From the human T2T-CHM13v2.0 reference genome, Homo sapiens: a stretch of 64,000 nucleotides of DNA. Below, piece by piece: positions 1 to 14,472 of the stretch. Numbering within the stretch: the stretch's first letter is position 1; each line of letters begins with the position of its first letter. The stretch lies in assembly GCF_009914755.1 (NCBI RefSeq), contig NC_060931.1; one strand, given 5' to 3'. Made by a program: the position numbers and the translations under genes. Under the pieces are notes generated by a model. That model worked only from the letters and a program-made list of their open reading frames with translations, was not told where the DNA came from and searched no databases.

Positions 1-249
1 CAGGGCCTTCGCTAGATGATGACTCATCAGGAAGCTTCTTAATATCTCTTACTCTGTGCCCACCTACTAGGAATGATGATAGGCCTTCTGGACAAGTTAC
101 CATTGTTATTAACTCAAAAGATCCAGCAATACAATATAAGCTCATTAATCTACACCTTGTTAACTAATAATCTGTGATGTGTTAGACAAGCTGGATATGT
201 TTACCTATATATTGCTAAGGGTAGACAGAGGAGAGGAGAAGACTAAGTT

Positions 250-613
<364 letters not shown>

Positions 614-809
614 TCAGAATTATTGATATTTTAAAAACAAACCACAACTGCAAAACCTATTAAGTTCTGAATTAATTCCTCAGGATTAGATAAAGCAGGT
701 CTGGCAGGACCTCTTTTTAGCAGCACTTCCCATTAGCCATGCTTTTTGACACTATAATATACTCGGGGGGCGGGGGGAGTCGTGGGAGGAACCCTGAATA
801 TATTCTAAA

Positions 810-3507
810 TATATTATAATTCATGGCCTTTATTATTCAATTGGCTTTCCCATTAAATAGGTAGTTCTTGAAATTACTTTTGCCAGAATGGGCTTTGGAA
901 TTTTAAATACTAAACTCCCAAGGGTTTAATAAGAATCAATGACCAGGATACCTCAGAAAGGCCCAGGGAGGGGAAATTTCTACCCCTTGGTTTCCATGGA
1001 TCAAGTGACTCTGATGAGGTTAAGCTCTATTTCACTTGTGCTTCTTTTCTCTGGTTCGAATAATACTTAAAAATATAGACCCAATTTAGAATTTTAGGTC
1101 TGACTAGTCTTTGTTTTCTCTAAGCACTCTTATTTATAGTCTTATATTGCTTAATTACAAAATAAAATTATGAAGTCAGGAAATACTAGGTAAAACCATA
1201 TTCAACAAAAACACACAAATCTCTTTGAGACACACAGATTGGTAGAAATGTCAAAACAGTATGTATTAAAACAATCTTTTCATCCTCTTTGAAAATAAAA
1301 TTCAGATACAGATTCACCTTAGTAGACCAGTAATTTATCAGGGTATTGAGTAGCCTTATGTAAAACAGCATCTTTTGTTATTCCTGCTTTAAGCAGCAGT
1401 ACTCTATATTCAAAGGAGCACTGGCAACAGGCCAGCTATTAAATAGTAAACCCCTATCCTAGCTCTATGGATAGTTTAAACATTACTCATAACTGCTTTT
1501 TTAAAGAAATGCACACCTGTACTTTGTTTGAAAACAAACTACCTATGGATACTACAGCATAACATGCAACAAGTTAAAAATTGGCCCACAGTGTTTGCTG
1601 TAGGATCGTGAGATGCTTTGTTAACGCAGCCCATGCTTTTCTGTAAGTAAACTTTGGAGTACAGTGGAGAATAGCAAGGGCAAAATCCAACAACAGCATC
1701 ACCTAGACAGGCTGTGCCATGATGCCTTGTTTCACAAGCTGGAAGTGCCCAGAAAGGCATGTGATATGAAAAAGGCTAACATTAAAACCACCAAATAAAA
1801 TCCCACGGGAGTCTGATGTGATAAGTATATTGCATTTCCCCCCAAATACACTTCTACTGTCAGTAGAAATATTTCCCATCCCTTTTAACAGATTCAATAC
1901 TTTTGTAGCAAGAAGAGTAGAATGAATATTACATACAAAAATTAAATTAGAGTTTTGGAGAAATTTTCTAAGACGACAGGTTGCATCCTGTAGTTGAAGT
2001 GCATTAAATCTAAAGTTGAAAAACTATTAATTTCATTAAAACTATGTTATTAGGGAAATAAATTGTTGCAAAATGCCAAATGTGTTACCCTGACTGTAAA
2101 TGCATATATATATATATATATATATATATGCTGTTCAAAAACAATATACAGGTCATATATAACTAAAATATTTGTTACTATTATAAACATTAAAGGAAGG
2201 CTTAAGAAGATAGCAAAAGTTGAAAATAAAGTGGAAGAATGCTTTAGATTACTTATAAGAATTGCCAACATTTCAGTTATGGAGCCATTCCATTATCAAG
2301 CAATTTAAGATTACAGACCTAGCAAAATGGTAAAGGAGTCACTAAATGTAACACAGTAAGGAAAAAGGCCAAATTAGATGTATGGACACATTTCCACTCA
2401 GGAACATAAGTTAAATCATGGCTATCCTGGCATTTAGAATGGTCATTCTCAAATCCTTGTCAATCAGCGGCAGCAACAACAAAGCAGATTTACTGAAAAT
2501 GAGAATTTGTCCAGATGCATTTTAACATCCACAAGGTCTTCCAAAACTGAAGTGAAAATGAAGGGATCTCTGGCACCAACGGCAGAGAAATCCTTCTGGA
2601 ATAGAACAACCATCCTTCTGTTGCAGCTGTAAGTGAAAGCGAGCCTCACATAACATCATGCCTAGGCTTTGGAGTGTTCCTCAGTGAATTAGTCAGTAGT
2701 GTGTTTAGAATGCAGCCCAGAAAAATCAAACTTCAGTTTTACCGTGTAATATAGAGAGGCTCTTGCTTCAAAACTGTATATGGAAGATTTTTCCTCCATA
2801 ACTCTAGCCCCAACCCTAACTCTGGCAAGTATTTGCAATAAAGAGAACTAGGAAGAAAGAAGACTGTGAAAACTGAGCTTATTGGTTACTGGCCCTTCAA
2901 TATTACAAACAGAACTTTGTGAGGTCATTACCATGTATTCATCCACAAAACAGGATGCATTAGCATTATCTCAGCTCCTTCCCCAGCGACTAACATAAAA
3001 GAAAACTAAACATGCTTATGCTACAGCACTACAAATATTTCTCTACTGGCTCCCATTTTCTACAGGGATAAATTGACTTCAGTTAGTCATTATGGTCAGT
3101 ATGCTATATAGTATGGCCTCTTTGAAGATTCTTTTATCCTGTGAAAAGCAGGAAGAAACCCTACACACAATGATTTTATACATTACTGCATGAACACAGC
3201 GTTTTAACCATGAGGAATAATGCACTTTAAGATTCATCAGCCTTGTATTAGTAAACTTTCAGGCTGGCTGAGAACTTTACATGGATTCTCTCCTGAACCC
3301 AAGAGCTGTCCCTCAGATGAATCCTGGTCCGTGGTGCATTCCCTCAGTGGTAGGTTTTATTGTGAGTCTGGCTCTCCTCTTTGATAGGTCCTGTGTCTCC
3401 TGGAAAGCCCCTGCTCCGATACCCCACATCCCACCCACCCAGCCCTGTCCTATATTTCCATACCCACTTGCACATTCTGGATCTGGATTCTCCCATTTTT
3501 AGAAGAG
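810..3507 (-). other. TBX20: Putative long TBX20 3' UTR
   Basis: AU-rich and free of interspersed repeats; minus-strand AATAAA at 3356-3361 and 829-834, ATTAAA at 925-930; true 3' end not determinable. Confidence 0.5.
2104..2129. repeat. (AT)13 microsatellite in 3' UTR region
   Basis: Directly visible. Confidence 0.95.
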
Positions 3508-3848
3508 TCATACAAATGGCGTCATCACAGCAGAGGAATGGCGTAGTCCTTGAATGGCAGCATAGGGCCCCTGCTGAAAATAGTGATGGTATCGCGGCAT
3601 GTGGAATGAAGGGAATGTGGGGCCACTCCCTTGCATGGAGCTGGCAATGGCCGATGGTGTCAGAGGCATTCCCAGTCGGCTATATGGTGGCAGAGAACCC
3701 TGGATGGGGTGAGGAATGGGTGTTGCTATGGATGCTGTGCTGGTGCCAAGAGCAGTCAGGGACTGTGGGTGCTGAAACCCAGGAAAACTGGAAGAAGATG
3801 ATACCCAGGAGCTGAGAGACAAATTATCAGATGTTGTAAAGGCTGACC
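3508..3848 (-). CDS. TBX20: TBX20 coding exon 8 (341 nt to stop), Ser/Pro-rich C-terminal regulatory region
   Basis: TTTTTCCTTACAG acceptor; SAFTTSDNLSLSSW...YAAIQGLRHSSAVMTPFV-TGA. Confidence 0.96.
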
Positions 3849-4340
3849 CTGTAAGGAAAAACACTCATTAGACTGGAAACACTGTGTCAATGTACAGATC
3901 AAGAATTAAATTATCTGTAAAGATCAATTTGTGTTTAAGAATATTTAATACGTCTGTAATTTAGAAAGACAAACACATATGAGATCTGTCACGAGGCAAA
4001 TCTACTTTTCTAGGTAAGAAGATGATATTTACACCTTGCATGGAATAGAGAATTTACTAAATGGAAAAAGACAACTCATTGGATAGCCTGTACACTCCCA
4101 CAGACTGGCCAAAACATTAATACCCTGCCTGCAGGTAATGACCTGATTCTCTTAAAAAAAGCTGCAAATACCTGATATCTGTTCTGACCTCTGTAGTGTC
4201 CTAAGGAAGGCTGAATGTAAGAAATATCTACCAAGCTGTCTGGTTTCCAAAACTGTTGTGAGAACCTAAGAAAGTAAGTTTTCCCACCACAGCATCCAGA
4301 AATTTAGAATAGAGTTGACAATGAATTTTCTGACTGTATA

Positions 4341-4823
4341 CAGTTGTCCCTTGAACAACAGGGGTTAGAACAGCACGGGTCCACTTACATGCAGATATTT
4401 TTCACTACAATTTACACTGAGTAGGCCTGACCCCTCTTGCCTCACTTTCACCTCCTCCACCTCTTCAGCCTCTACAACCTCCGAGACAGCAAGACCAACC
4501 CCTCCTCTTCCTCATCTGCCAACTCAGTGTGAAGATGAGGATGAAGACCTTTATGATGATCCACTTCCACTTAAGGAATAGTAAATATATTTCCTTTCTA
4601 TGATTTTCTTAATAACTTTTTCTCTAGCTTGATTATTAGAATACAGAATGTAATACATGTAACATACAGAATATGTGTGAATTGACTGTTTATGTTACAG
4701 GTAAGGCTTCTGATCAACAGTAGGCTATTAGCAGTTAAGTTTTAGGAAGTGAAAAGTTATATGCACGTTTTGGACCACACAGGAGTTGGTTCCCCAACCA
4801 CTGTGTTGTTCAAGAGTCAACTG
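4341..4823 (+). mobile_element. Tigger2a/MER28-like DNA transposon (TcMar-Tigger)
   Basis: TIRs CAGTTGTCCCTTGAACAACA / TGTTGTTCAAGAGTCAACTG, TA on both flanks. Confidence 0.85.
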
Positions 4824-5547
4824 TAATACTAGTGGTTCACTTGGACTGAGTAATAAGAAATGTCCTATGTTTTCACAGATTATATAATTTCATATTAAGG
4901 ACATAAAACAATGCAGAGGACTCTCTCCCCATACGAACTTTACTGTTCCCAGAATGGAGCCCCTCTGGGCTCTTTTCTCTGGACTCTCTTCCCAGATGCA
5001 GAGGGCTGCTCTCTAAGCCTTGGGAACAGAGAAACTTTGTTCAGTTCCTGCTGTCAACACTGGGGCCACTTCCTCTATGTAATATCCTTCATTAGGACAA
5101 TCCTCTTTTAAAAGTGTTTTCTATTTTGGTCTTTGATTCTAACAAATTATACCTGACATAGATGGAACAGATATATTCCCTGACTTTCAGATTATGAAAC
5201 TGAGGTTCAGAAGGACTTGGTGACTGCCCCCAAAGTTCAACAGCTCTTATGTACTAAGTCATGGACAAGTAACTCCTGATCCCTGACTCAAAGGCTCAGT
5301 ATTCTTTCACTTAAAAAAAAAACAAACCATAGGAAACCTGCAGGCAGCATCATCGCCTATGATTCAAAGGCAAAATAATGAAATCTGTGAGGATCAGTGT
5401 CGGGGCTCTCCCTTCCCAAGGAGGCTCCTGAAATCCTTTCCCGGCATCGTGTACTCTGAGGACTGGCCATCTCATCAACGACCTGCCCCCATTCTCCTTT
5501 AGGTGCTCTGCCTCCCAGCAATTCCATGGCCTTGGAAACTACCTTAC

Positions 5548-5660
5548 CTCGATTTGGGGTTGTCTGACTCTCATCCCCCAAGACATCTTCTTCTCCTCCG
5601 TAGGTACGGATGGGTGAGCGTGCATAGGAATGCTTTTGAATCAGGCTCTCCACACTTTCC
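5548..5660 (-). CDS. TBX20: TBX20 coding exon 7 (113 nt)
   Basis: CCTAG acceptor; ESVESLIQKHSYARSPIRTYGGEEDVLGDESQTTPNR; donor GTAAGG. Confidence 0.95.
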
Positions 5661-6969
5661 CTAGGTTAGAGTGACATATCACAGGTTAAGTAAAATGTAA
5701 AGGACTCAGAGATACAGAGAGGTCTTAGAGGTAACTCACTAATCAGTAAAACCATTTTCTCAGCCAAAAAGCAACCACTGCACAGAAAGATGAAATTCAA
5801 AACATGTACATTTATTCTGTTGTACAGTGACTCCTCAGAGACATGACCTCAGGTGTATGACTGCAAGCAAACATGACTGACTAGGACAAGGACAATCCCC
5901 TGAAATACTTTAAAATGAAGGACAAAGGGGTGAACAGGAGCTATGAAACCTGACCACAAGAATATGAAATTCCATGATGTGAAAAATAATGAGTGAATGA
6001 ATTTACTGCAAGGAGCTGCAATGACTCTTCTTACTGACTTCATCAGCTAACAAATACAAAACAAATACTCAGTTGATACAAATTGCACTGATCCAACAAC
6101 CAATGAAATGTTGGCAAAAAGTTCAAATTATCATTAGTCAGCGAAAGACTCTAATATTCACCAAGAAATCAAACAAATTCATAGATTATAGTACAATATA
6201 GATAGTTTGGGTAATGAACACTAAGATCCTTGTTGCTGTAAGACTGAAAATTACAAAAAACCCATGAAGAAAACACAAATGACCAATAAGGAGTTTTAGC
6301 CTCTAGGTAAATTGGTACATTGTCTTGTAGATGGTCTTCCTCCTGTAACATAGTCTATCAACCAAACAGTGAGGTTAACTTTAAAAAATAAAAAAAAAAT
6401 TTGGCATTGGACAATTTGACCTTCTGCTTTTAAAAAAAAAAAAGCCAGTACAATTTTAGCCAATTTGTTCGCCAAAAGTGCATACTGATAACAGATTAGT
6501 CTGCATGGCACACATTTCTGGAACAGCTGTGGCCCAAAGACCAATGCCAAATTGACCAGCAAAGGACAAAAGAAGACTTATAAAATATGTGTTAAATGAG
6601 GAAGGACAACCAAACACCACATTTCATATTGAGGGAATAAGCAAAGCAAATAAAATGTCATAATAACTTTTTAAAATGTTAACACTTGTCAACATTTCAC
6701 ATAAATATGCAAACTTTACCTGTGAAAAATTACTACCTAATTCATAGTAAATTTGGTGTTGTAGAAAGCTTATATACCCACATAGATGAAGGCATTTTAT
6801 AATATATAGTATGACTATGACTATGAGGACTTAAGGATATGCCTAAAAGGAAAATTAACTCTGCAACTATTTAAGTTACATCTCTATTCTCAAATTATTT
6901 TAGAGTAAGAATAAAGTACCACCTCTTATAGTCAAAATAATTAGGATCCAGATCCACTGCATTAACACA

Positions 6970-7220
6970 TAGGTGTCAAAAAGAATGAGGTCATTCCATA
7001 TGTATAGATATGGAATAATTTTCAAGATATAGTAAGTGAAAAAAGTAAAATACAGAATGTTATGTAAAGTATGCTACCATTTGTGAAGTTAGAACACAGG
7101 ATATGTATGTTCATATATGCCTGCATGTGCACAGGATTTCTAGAATGTTCCAGTTTCCAGAACAAGAAACTGCCTAGAAGAGGTTGCCTCTGCAGGGTGA
7201 AATCAGGGACTTGAAGGATT
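6970..7220 (+). mobile_element. Old L1 (L1ME-like) 3'-end fragment, continues at about 14475-14570
   Basis: AAAAGAATGAGGT...CAAGATATAGTAAGTGAAAAAAG...TATGCTACCATTTGTG resembles L1ME 3' ends. Confidence 0.55.
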
Positions 7221-7223
7221 AGA

Positions 7224-7280
7224 GTAGTGATTCTCAAATTTGTGTGTATGTTTGAATCAACTAGGGATCTTGAAACAAAC
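7224..7280 (+). mobile_element. MER5 (MER5B-like, hAT-Charlie) 5' half
   Basis: TAGTGATTCTCAAATTTG...GAATCAACTAGGG matches the MER5 5' end. Confidence 0.55.
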
Positions 7281-7335
7281 AAACTATATTGAGATATGAT
7301 TAAAATACAAAAAGTGGCACACATTTAAAGTGTAT

Positions 7336-7643
7336 GGGGCCGGAGCCGGGGCCGGTGGCTCACACCTGTAATCCCAGCACTTGGGGAGGCCCAGGCGGGT
7401 GGATCACCCAAGGTCAGGAGTTCAAGACAAGCCTGGCCAACATGGCAAAACCCTGTCTCTATTAAAAATACAAAAATCAGCCAGGCATGGTGGTGGGCAC
7501 CTATAAACCCAGCTACTCAGGAAGCTAAGGCAGGAGAATTGCTTGAACCTGAAGGCAGAGGCTGCAGTGAGCCGAGATCGTGCCACTTCACTCCAGCCTA
7601 GACAAAAGAGTGAAACTCCATCTTAAAAAAATAAAAATAGAAA
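7336..7643 (+). mobile_element. AluS
   Basis: Full Alu; TSD TAAAGTGTAT (7326-7335 / 7644-7653). Confidence 0.95.
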
Positions 7644-9538
7644 TAAAGTGTATAGTTTGATCAGTTTGGGCATATGTACGCACCACTGACACCACTGCCA
7701 CAAGCACAATAACAAAAATATCTAACACCTACAAAAGCTAGCTTCCTCAAGCTCCTATGCTCCATGGTCCCCATCGCAACAAACCTTTCCAAGGAAACCA
7801 CTAATATAATTTCTGTTCTTGCAGATTAGTCTGCATTTTCTAAACTTTTACAAAGATGAAATCTTAGCTAATATATTCTTTTTTATCTGGCTTATTTCAC
7901 TCAGCATATTTTAAGATTTATCATGTTGGGGCATACATTAATATTTCTTGTACTGAGTAGCATTATATTGCATGGATATATTATGGTTTATTCACTTATT
8001 GATGGATATTTGACTTGTTTCTAGTTTTTGAATGTTAAAATGAAGCTGCTACACATATTCATGCATACTTTTTAACAAATGGACATATACTTTTATTTAT
8101 CTTGGAAAGACATCTAAGGATGAAATGACTAAATTGCATATATGTGCAATTTTTAAAGAAACTGCCAAACTATTTGTCAAAGTAGTCATACAATTTAGCA
8201 TTCCCACCATCAGTGTATGAGAACTCCAGGTCCTCTATACTCTCACTGATGCCTGATATGGTCAATGTTTAATTTTAGCTATTGTAATATGCATGTGCTG
8301 GTATTCCATCATACTTTTAATTGTGTTCCCCTAATGACTACAATGTTGAACATCTTTTTCTGTGCTTATTTGCTTCCATATTTCTAGCTGTTAATAATCT
8401 GTTTAAAAAATTAGGTTATTTGTTTTCTGAGTTTTGAGATTTCTTTTTATATTCTGGGCACTGGTGTTTATAGAATATATGATTTGCAAATATTTTCTTC
8501 TAGGCTGTGGCTTGCGTTTTCTCTTTCCTAAACAGTTTCTTTTCAAAAGCAGAGTTTTTAATTTTGATGAAGTGCAATTTATCCATTTGTAATTCTATGG
8601 ATCACGCTTTTGGTGCCATATTTTAAGATCTTTGCCTAGCCCAAGACCACAAAAGTTTTCTCCTAGTTTTTTTCTGTAAGTGTTATAGTGTGAGGTTTTA
8701 TGTTTGTGTCTATGATTCATCTTGAGTTAATTTTATATATGAATGAGTTATGAATTGTTTATTTTTGTGCTTATGAATATCCCATTATTTCAACATTACT
8801 TGTTGAGAAGACTGTCCCTTCTCCATCACATACATGTGGGTCTACTCTTGGACTCTTTATTCTATTGATGTGTTTGTGGAACTTGACACCAAAACTATAC
8901 TGTCTTGATTACTGTAGCTGAATAAAAGTGTTAGAACTTTTGACATTAGGTAGTATTAGTACTCTATCTTTTTTTTCAAAGTTGTTTTGGCTATTCTAGT
9001 TCTTTGCATTTCCATATGAAATTTAATATTACTTTGTCAATCTCTACAAAAAAGACTCCTGTGATTTTGGTCAGGATTATTTTAGATCTACATATCAATT
9101 TGTGCATAACTGATATCTTAATATTGCATCCTTCAAATCATGAACCAGTACATCCTTCTGTTTCATTAGGTCTTCTTTAATTTCTCTCAACAATGTTTTT
9201 GTAGTTTTAAGTATATATGTCTTGCATATCCTTTCCAGATTTTCCCTACTTCGTATTATAGTAAATATTGCTTTTTAACTTCAATTTCTGATATTCATTT
9301 ATAATAGATAGAAATACAATTTATTTTGTATATTGATCTTGTATTCTGTGAACTTGCCAAACACTTATTTGTTCTAGTGGGTTTTGGAGATTTGGGTTTT
9401 CTGTATAGATATTCACGATGCCTGTACACAAAGATAGTTTTACTTCTGTCTTTTCAATCACAATGACTTTGATTTTTCCTGACTTATTGCAATGGCTAAA
9501 ACTACCTGTACAATGTTGAATTAGCAGTGGTAAGAATG

Positions 9539-9852
<314 letters not shown>

Positions 9853-11169
9853 AGACATCAATAACTTGTTCTTTATCTTACAGAAAGCATTCAATTTTTC
9901 ACCATTAGATATAATATTCATTCTAGGTTTTTTGTACATACAATTTACTAGACTAAAGGTTCTCTTCTATTCCTAGTTTGCTGAGAGTTTTCAAGAATAG
10001 AGGTTGAATTTTGCTAAATGCTTTTTCTGTGTCTGTTGAGACAATCATATAGTTTTGTTTTTAGTTTGTCAGCATGGTCATTACATCCATTGAATTTCAA
10101 ATGTTAAATCGACCTTGCAGTCCTGAACTAGGCCCTAGTTATTTATGACATATTATCGTTTTTTTAATTCAATTTCCTAAAATTCTGTTTAGAATTTTTC
10201 CATGTATATTCATGAAGAATATTGGTCTTTCTCTAGTTTTAGTATCAAGATAAGGCTAGTCTCATAGAATTAGTTAAAACTCTTCCCTCCTCTTCAATTT
10301 TCTAGAAGATTTCAGGTAGAATTGTCATTATTTCTTCCTTAAATGTTTGGTATCTTTCACCAGTGAAACCATCTGGACCTAGAGTTTTCTTTATAAAAGT
10401 TTTTTAACTACAAATTCAAAACTATCAGAGTATCTGTTTTCTCTTGAATGAGCTTTGGTAGATTCTGTCTACAAGAAATTTGTCCATTTTGTTTAAATTG
10501 TTAACATTTTAATTGTAAGTATTCATAATATTCCTTTATTATCTTTCCTTTTAATACCTGTAGAATCTGTAGTGATATTATTCCTTTCATTCTTGATTAT
10601 GGTAATTTATATTTTCTTCCCTTATTTTCTTGGTCAGTTTGGCCACCAAATGGTCAATTTTATTAATCTCTACTTTTTGTTCATTGATTTTTCTCTACTT
10701 CTTCCCTGTTTTCTACTCCATCAATTTCTACTCTGATATTTATTATTTTCTTTCTTCTACTTGCTTTGGGTCTCATTCACTATTGTCCTAGTTTCTTGAG
10801 ATGGAAGATGAGGTTATTGATTTGGGACCTTTCATTTCTAAAGCAGAGATGTAGCACTATAAATTTTCTGGAAGTAATGTTTTAGCAGAATCCTGCAAGT
10901 TTTTATATGTTGTATTTTCATTTTTATTCAGTTCAAAATATTTTCTAATTTCCCTCTTGATGTCTTCCTTCCCCCAAGGGTTGTTTAGACATGTGTTATT
11001 TGACTTTCAAATATTTGGGGACTTTTGAGATATCTTCCTGTTATTTTCTCTAATATAATTCCATTACGGTCAGAGAGCCCACTTTGTATGACTTGAATGC
11101 CCTTAAATTTATTGAGACTTCTTTTGCGTAGTGTATACTTGCAAAGAAGGCATATTCTGCTAATTTTAG

Positions 11170-11480
<311 letters not shown>

Positions 11481-12604
11481 TAATTTTAGATAATATTTTC
11501 TAAACATCAATTGGGTCAAGTTAGTTGATACTGTTGTTCAAATCTTCTGGGTCTTTACTCATTTTCTGTCTACTTGCTCTATCAATTATTAAGAAAGGGA
11601 TATTAAAATTTCCAACCATTATTGTATATTTGTCTGTTTTTTTATACTTCTATCAGACATAAAGATGTAGGACTGTATATTACCCTTGAAGAATGGAGCT
11701 CTTTATTAGTATGAAATTATCTACTTTATCCCTAGTAAAATTCTTTTCTCTGAAATCTACTTTGATATTAATACAACTCTTAAGTTTTTCAAAATTATTG
11801 TTAACATGCTACTTTTTTTCATTGCTTTACTTTCAACTTATGTCTTTACATAGAAAGCACATTTCTTGTAGGCAACATATAATCAGGTCTTACTTTTTAA
11901 TTCAAACTGACAATCTCTGCTTTTTGAGATGTGTAGTGCATTTATATTTAATGAGATTATTGATATAGTTAAGTTGAAGTCTGGCTATTTGTTTTCTATT
12001 TGTCCCATCTGTTCTTTTTTATCTCTTTCCTCTTTTTTGCTTTCTTTTGGGTTTTCTTTAAATGATTTCATTTCATGTTCTTTGTTGGTTTATTAGATAT
12101 AACTTTCTTTTGTTATTTTAGTAAATGACTTAGGATTTATAGTAAATATCTTTAAGTTGTCACAATCTACCTTCAAGTGATACTAAATCTTTCAAGTTAG
12201 TATAAGCCCTCAAAATAATATATTTTCATTTCTCCCTTCCAGCCATTGTGCCATTCTTGTCAAACATTTTATTTTTATATAAACTCCATTCTAATTATTA
12301 TTATATTTGTTTAAAAGGTTAACTATCTTCTTAAAATATTTAAATAATAAAAAATTAATCTACTTATCCATGTAGTTCTTATTCCTGTGCTCTTCATGCC
12401 TTTGTTTACATCCAGATTGACATCTGGTATAATTTTCTTTCTGGTTGAGGGATTTCCTTTAAAACATCTGTACTGCAGTTTCCTGGTGGTGAATTCTTCG
12501 CCTTTTGTATGTCTGAAAAAGTCTTTATTTTGCTTTTGTTTTTTTGAAAGATATTTTTGCTGGGTAAATAATTCTAGTTAACAGACTTGATTTCTCTTTC
12601 AGTA

Positions 12605-12799
12605 CAGATGATCCCCAACTTGCAATGGTTCAACTTACAAATTTTCAGCTTTACAATGGTGCAAAAGCAGTAGGCATTCAATACAGTCCTCAGCTTATGA
12701 TGGTGTTATATCTGGACTTAGACACTTTTGACTTATGATATTTTCAATTTATGATGGGTTTATCCAACCATAACCCCATTGTTAGTCAAAGAGCACCTG
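12605..12799 (-). mobile_element. MER47/Tigger5-like MITE
   Basis: Ends CAGATGATCCCCAACTT / AGTCAAAGAGCACCTG, TA flanks. Confidence 0.7.
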
Positions 12800-14329
12800 T
12801 ACTTTAAAGATGTTGCTTCACTGTCTCCTAATTTACTTTGTTTCTAATGAGAAATCTGTACTCATCCTTATCTTTGTTCCTCTTATGTAATACGTCTATC
12901 ATTCTCTGGCTGTTTTAATATTTTCTTTATATCACTAGTTTTGTGCAATTTGACTATAACATAATTTGGTATTATTTCTTCATGCTTTTTGAGCTTGGGT
13001 TTGTTGGGCTTCTTTGGATTGTGTTTACAATTGTCATTAAATTTGAAAAATTTTTAGATATTATTTCTTTGGGTATATTTTTTGTCCCACCTCCCAACCA
13101 CCTTTAGGGCCTCCAATTACACAGATATTAGGCCACTTGAAATTTTCCCACAACTGACACTCTTTCAATTTTTAAAAATTTATCTTTGTTCCTCGTGTTT
13201 CATTTTGGGTAGTTTCTATCACTATATCTTCAAGTTCACTAATCTTTTCATCTGCAGTGTCTATCTGCCACTAATCCCATCCAGTATATTTTTCATTTTA
13301 TACATTGCAGTTTTCATCTTTAGAATTGTGACTTTGATTTTTGGTAAATCTTCTACATCTCTCCTTAATTTCTGGAATGTATGGAATACAATCATACTAA
13401 GTGTCTGAATGTCCTTGTTATTAATTAGAATATCTATGTGAGTTCTGAATTAGTTTCAACTGATTATCTCTTCACTATGGGTCATGTTTTTCTGCATCTT
13501 TGCATTCCTGGTAATCTTTACTTAGATACTAGGCATTGTGAATTTTGTCAGGTGCTGAATATGTTTGTATTCTATTTATAAGGACATAAATATAAGACAT
13601 GTCTTGAGGTTTCTTTTGGGATATAGTTAAGTTACCTGGAAATAATTTGATCCTTTGGGAGTTTGCTTTCAAGATATTTTAAGTAGGACTGGAACACTAT
13701 TTAGTTGAGGGCTAATTCTTCCTCACTACTGAAGCAAAACCCTTCTGAATAGTCTACCAAATGCCTTCTAAATCACAAGGTTTTCCAGTCCAGCTGATTA
13801 CATCAGGCATTATCCCTGGGTGACCACAAGTTACTGTTTGTTTCCCCCTAATCTTTTCAGATACTCTTCCCTGCAGCCTCTGGTAGTTTCATCGTATGGA
13901 TTCCCTTAGCAAATCTCAGCTGAACACTCAAAAGGGATCCTCTATAAATCTTTGGAGTTCTTTAGGGATCCTCTGTAGATCTTTGAGTGCTTTTTCCATG
14001 CAGCTTTCACCTTTTCTATTGTCTGTCCTATGAATTCTCACTGTTTTGGTCTCTGCAAACTCAGCTCTGACCTCTCAACTCAGGGAGTCTGGTGGGCTCT
14101 GCCTGTATTCTCCCCCACTGCCATGGTCTATACCCCCTCAGGAAATAAGCTGCATCATCACAGGGCTCACCTCATTTGTTTCCCATCCCTCAGAGATTAT
14201 TGTCTTTTGTTGCCTGATATCCAGTGTCATAAAAAACATTGTTTTGCATATTTTGTATGTTTCTTAGTTGTTTCAGGAAATAGGGTATATTTGGCCCTTG
14301 TGGCTTTACCTTTACTAAAAGCAATGTCT

Positions 14330-14472
14330 CTCCAGGGGAACTTCTAAAAATTCCAAAGCTGACACCACACTCCCATACCAATTAAATCACAATCTTTGGG
14401 AGTGGGAGACAGGCTTCAGTAATTGTTAACATTCCCCCCTGGTGATTCCAATGAGCAGGCAAGTTTAGAAAT
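14330..14472 (+). mobile_element. MER5B-like 3' half
   Basis: ACCAATTAAATCACAATCTTTGGGAGTGGG...GGTGATTCCAATGAGCAG matches the MER5B body. Confidence 0.65.

Noticed and set aside
3381-3815. 144-aa ORF antisense to exon 8
   Set aside because: Shadow of the real coding exon, TTG start
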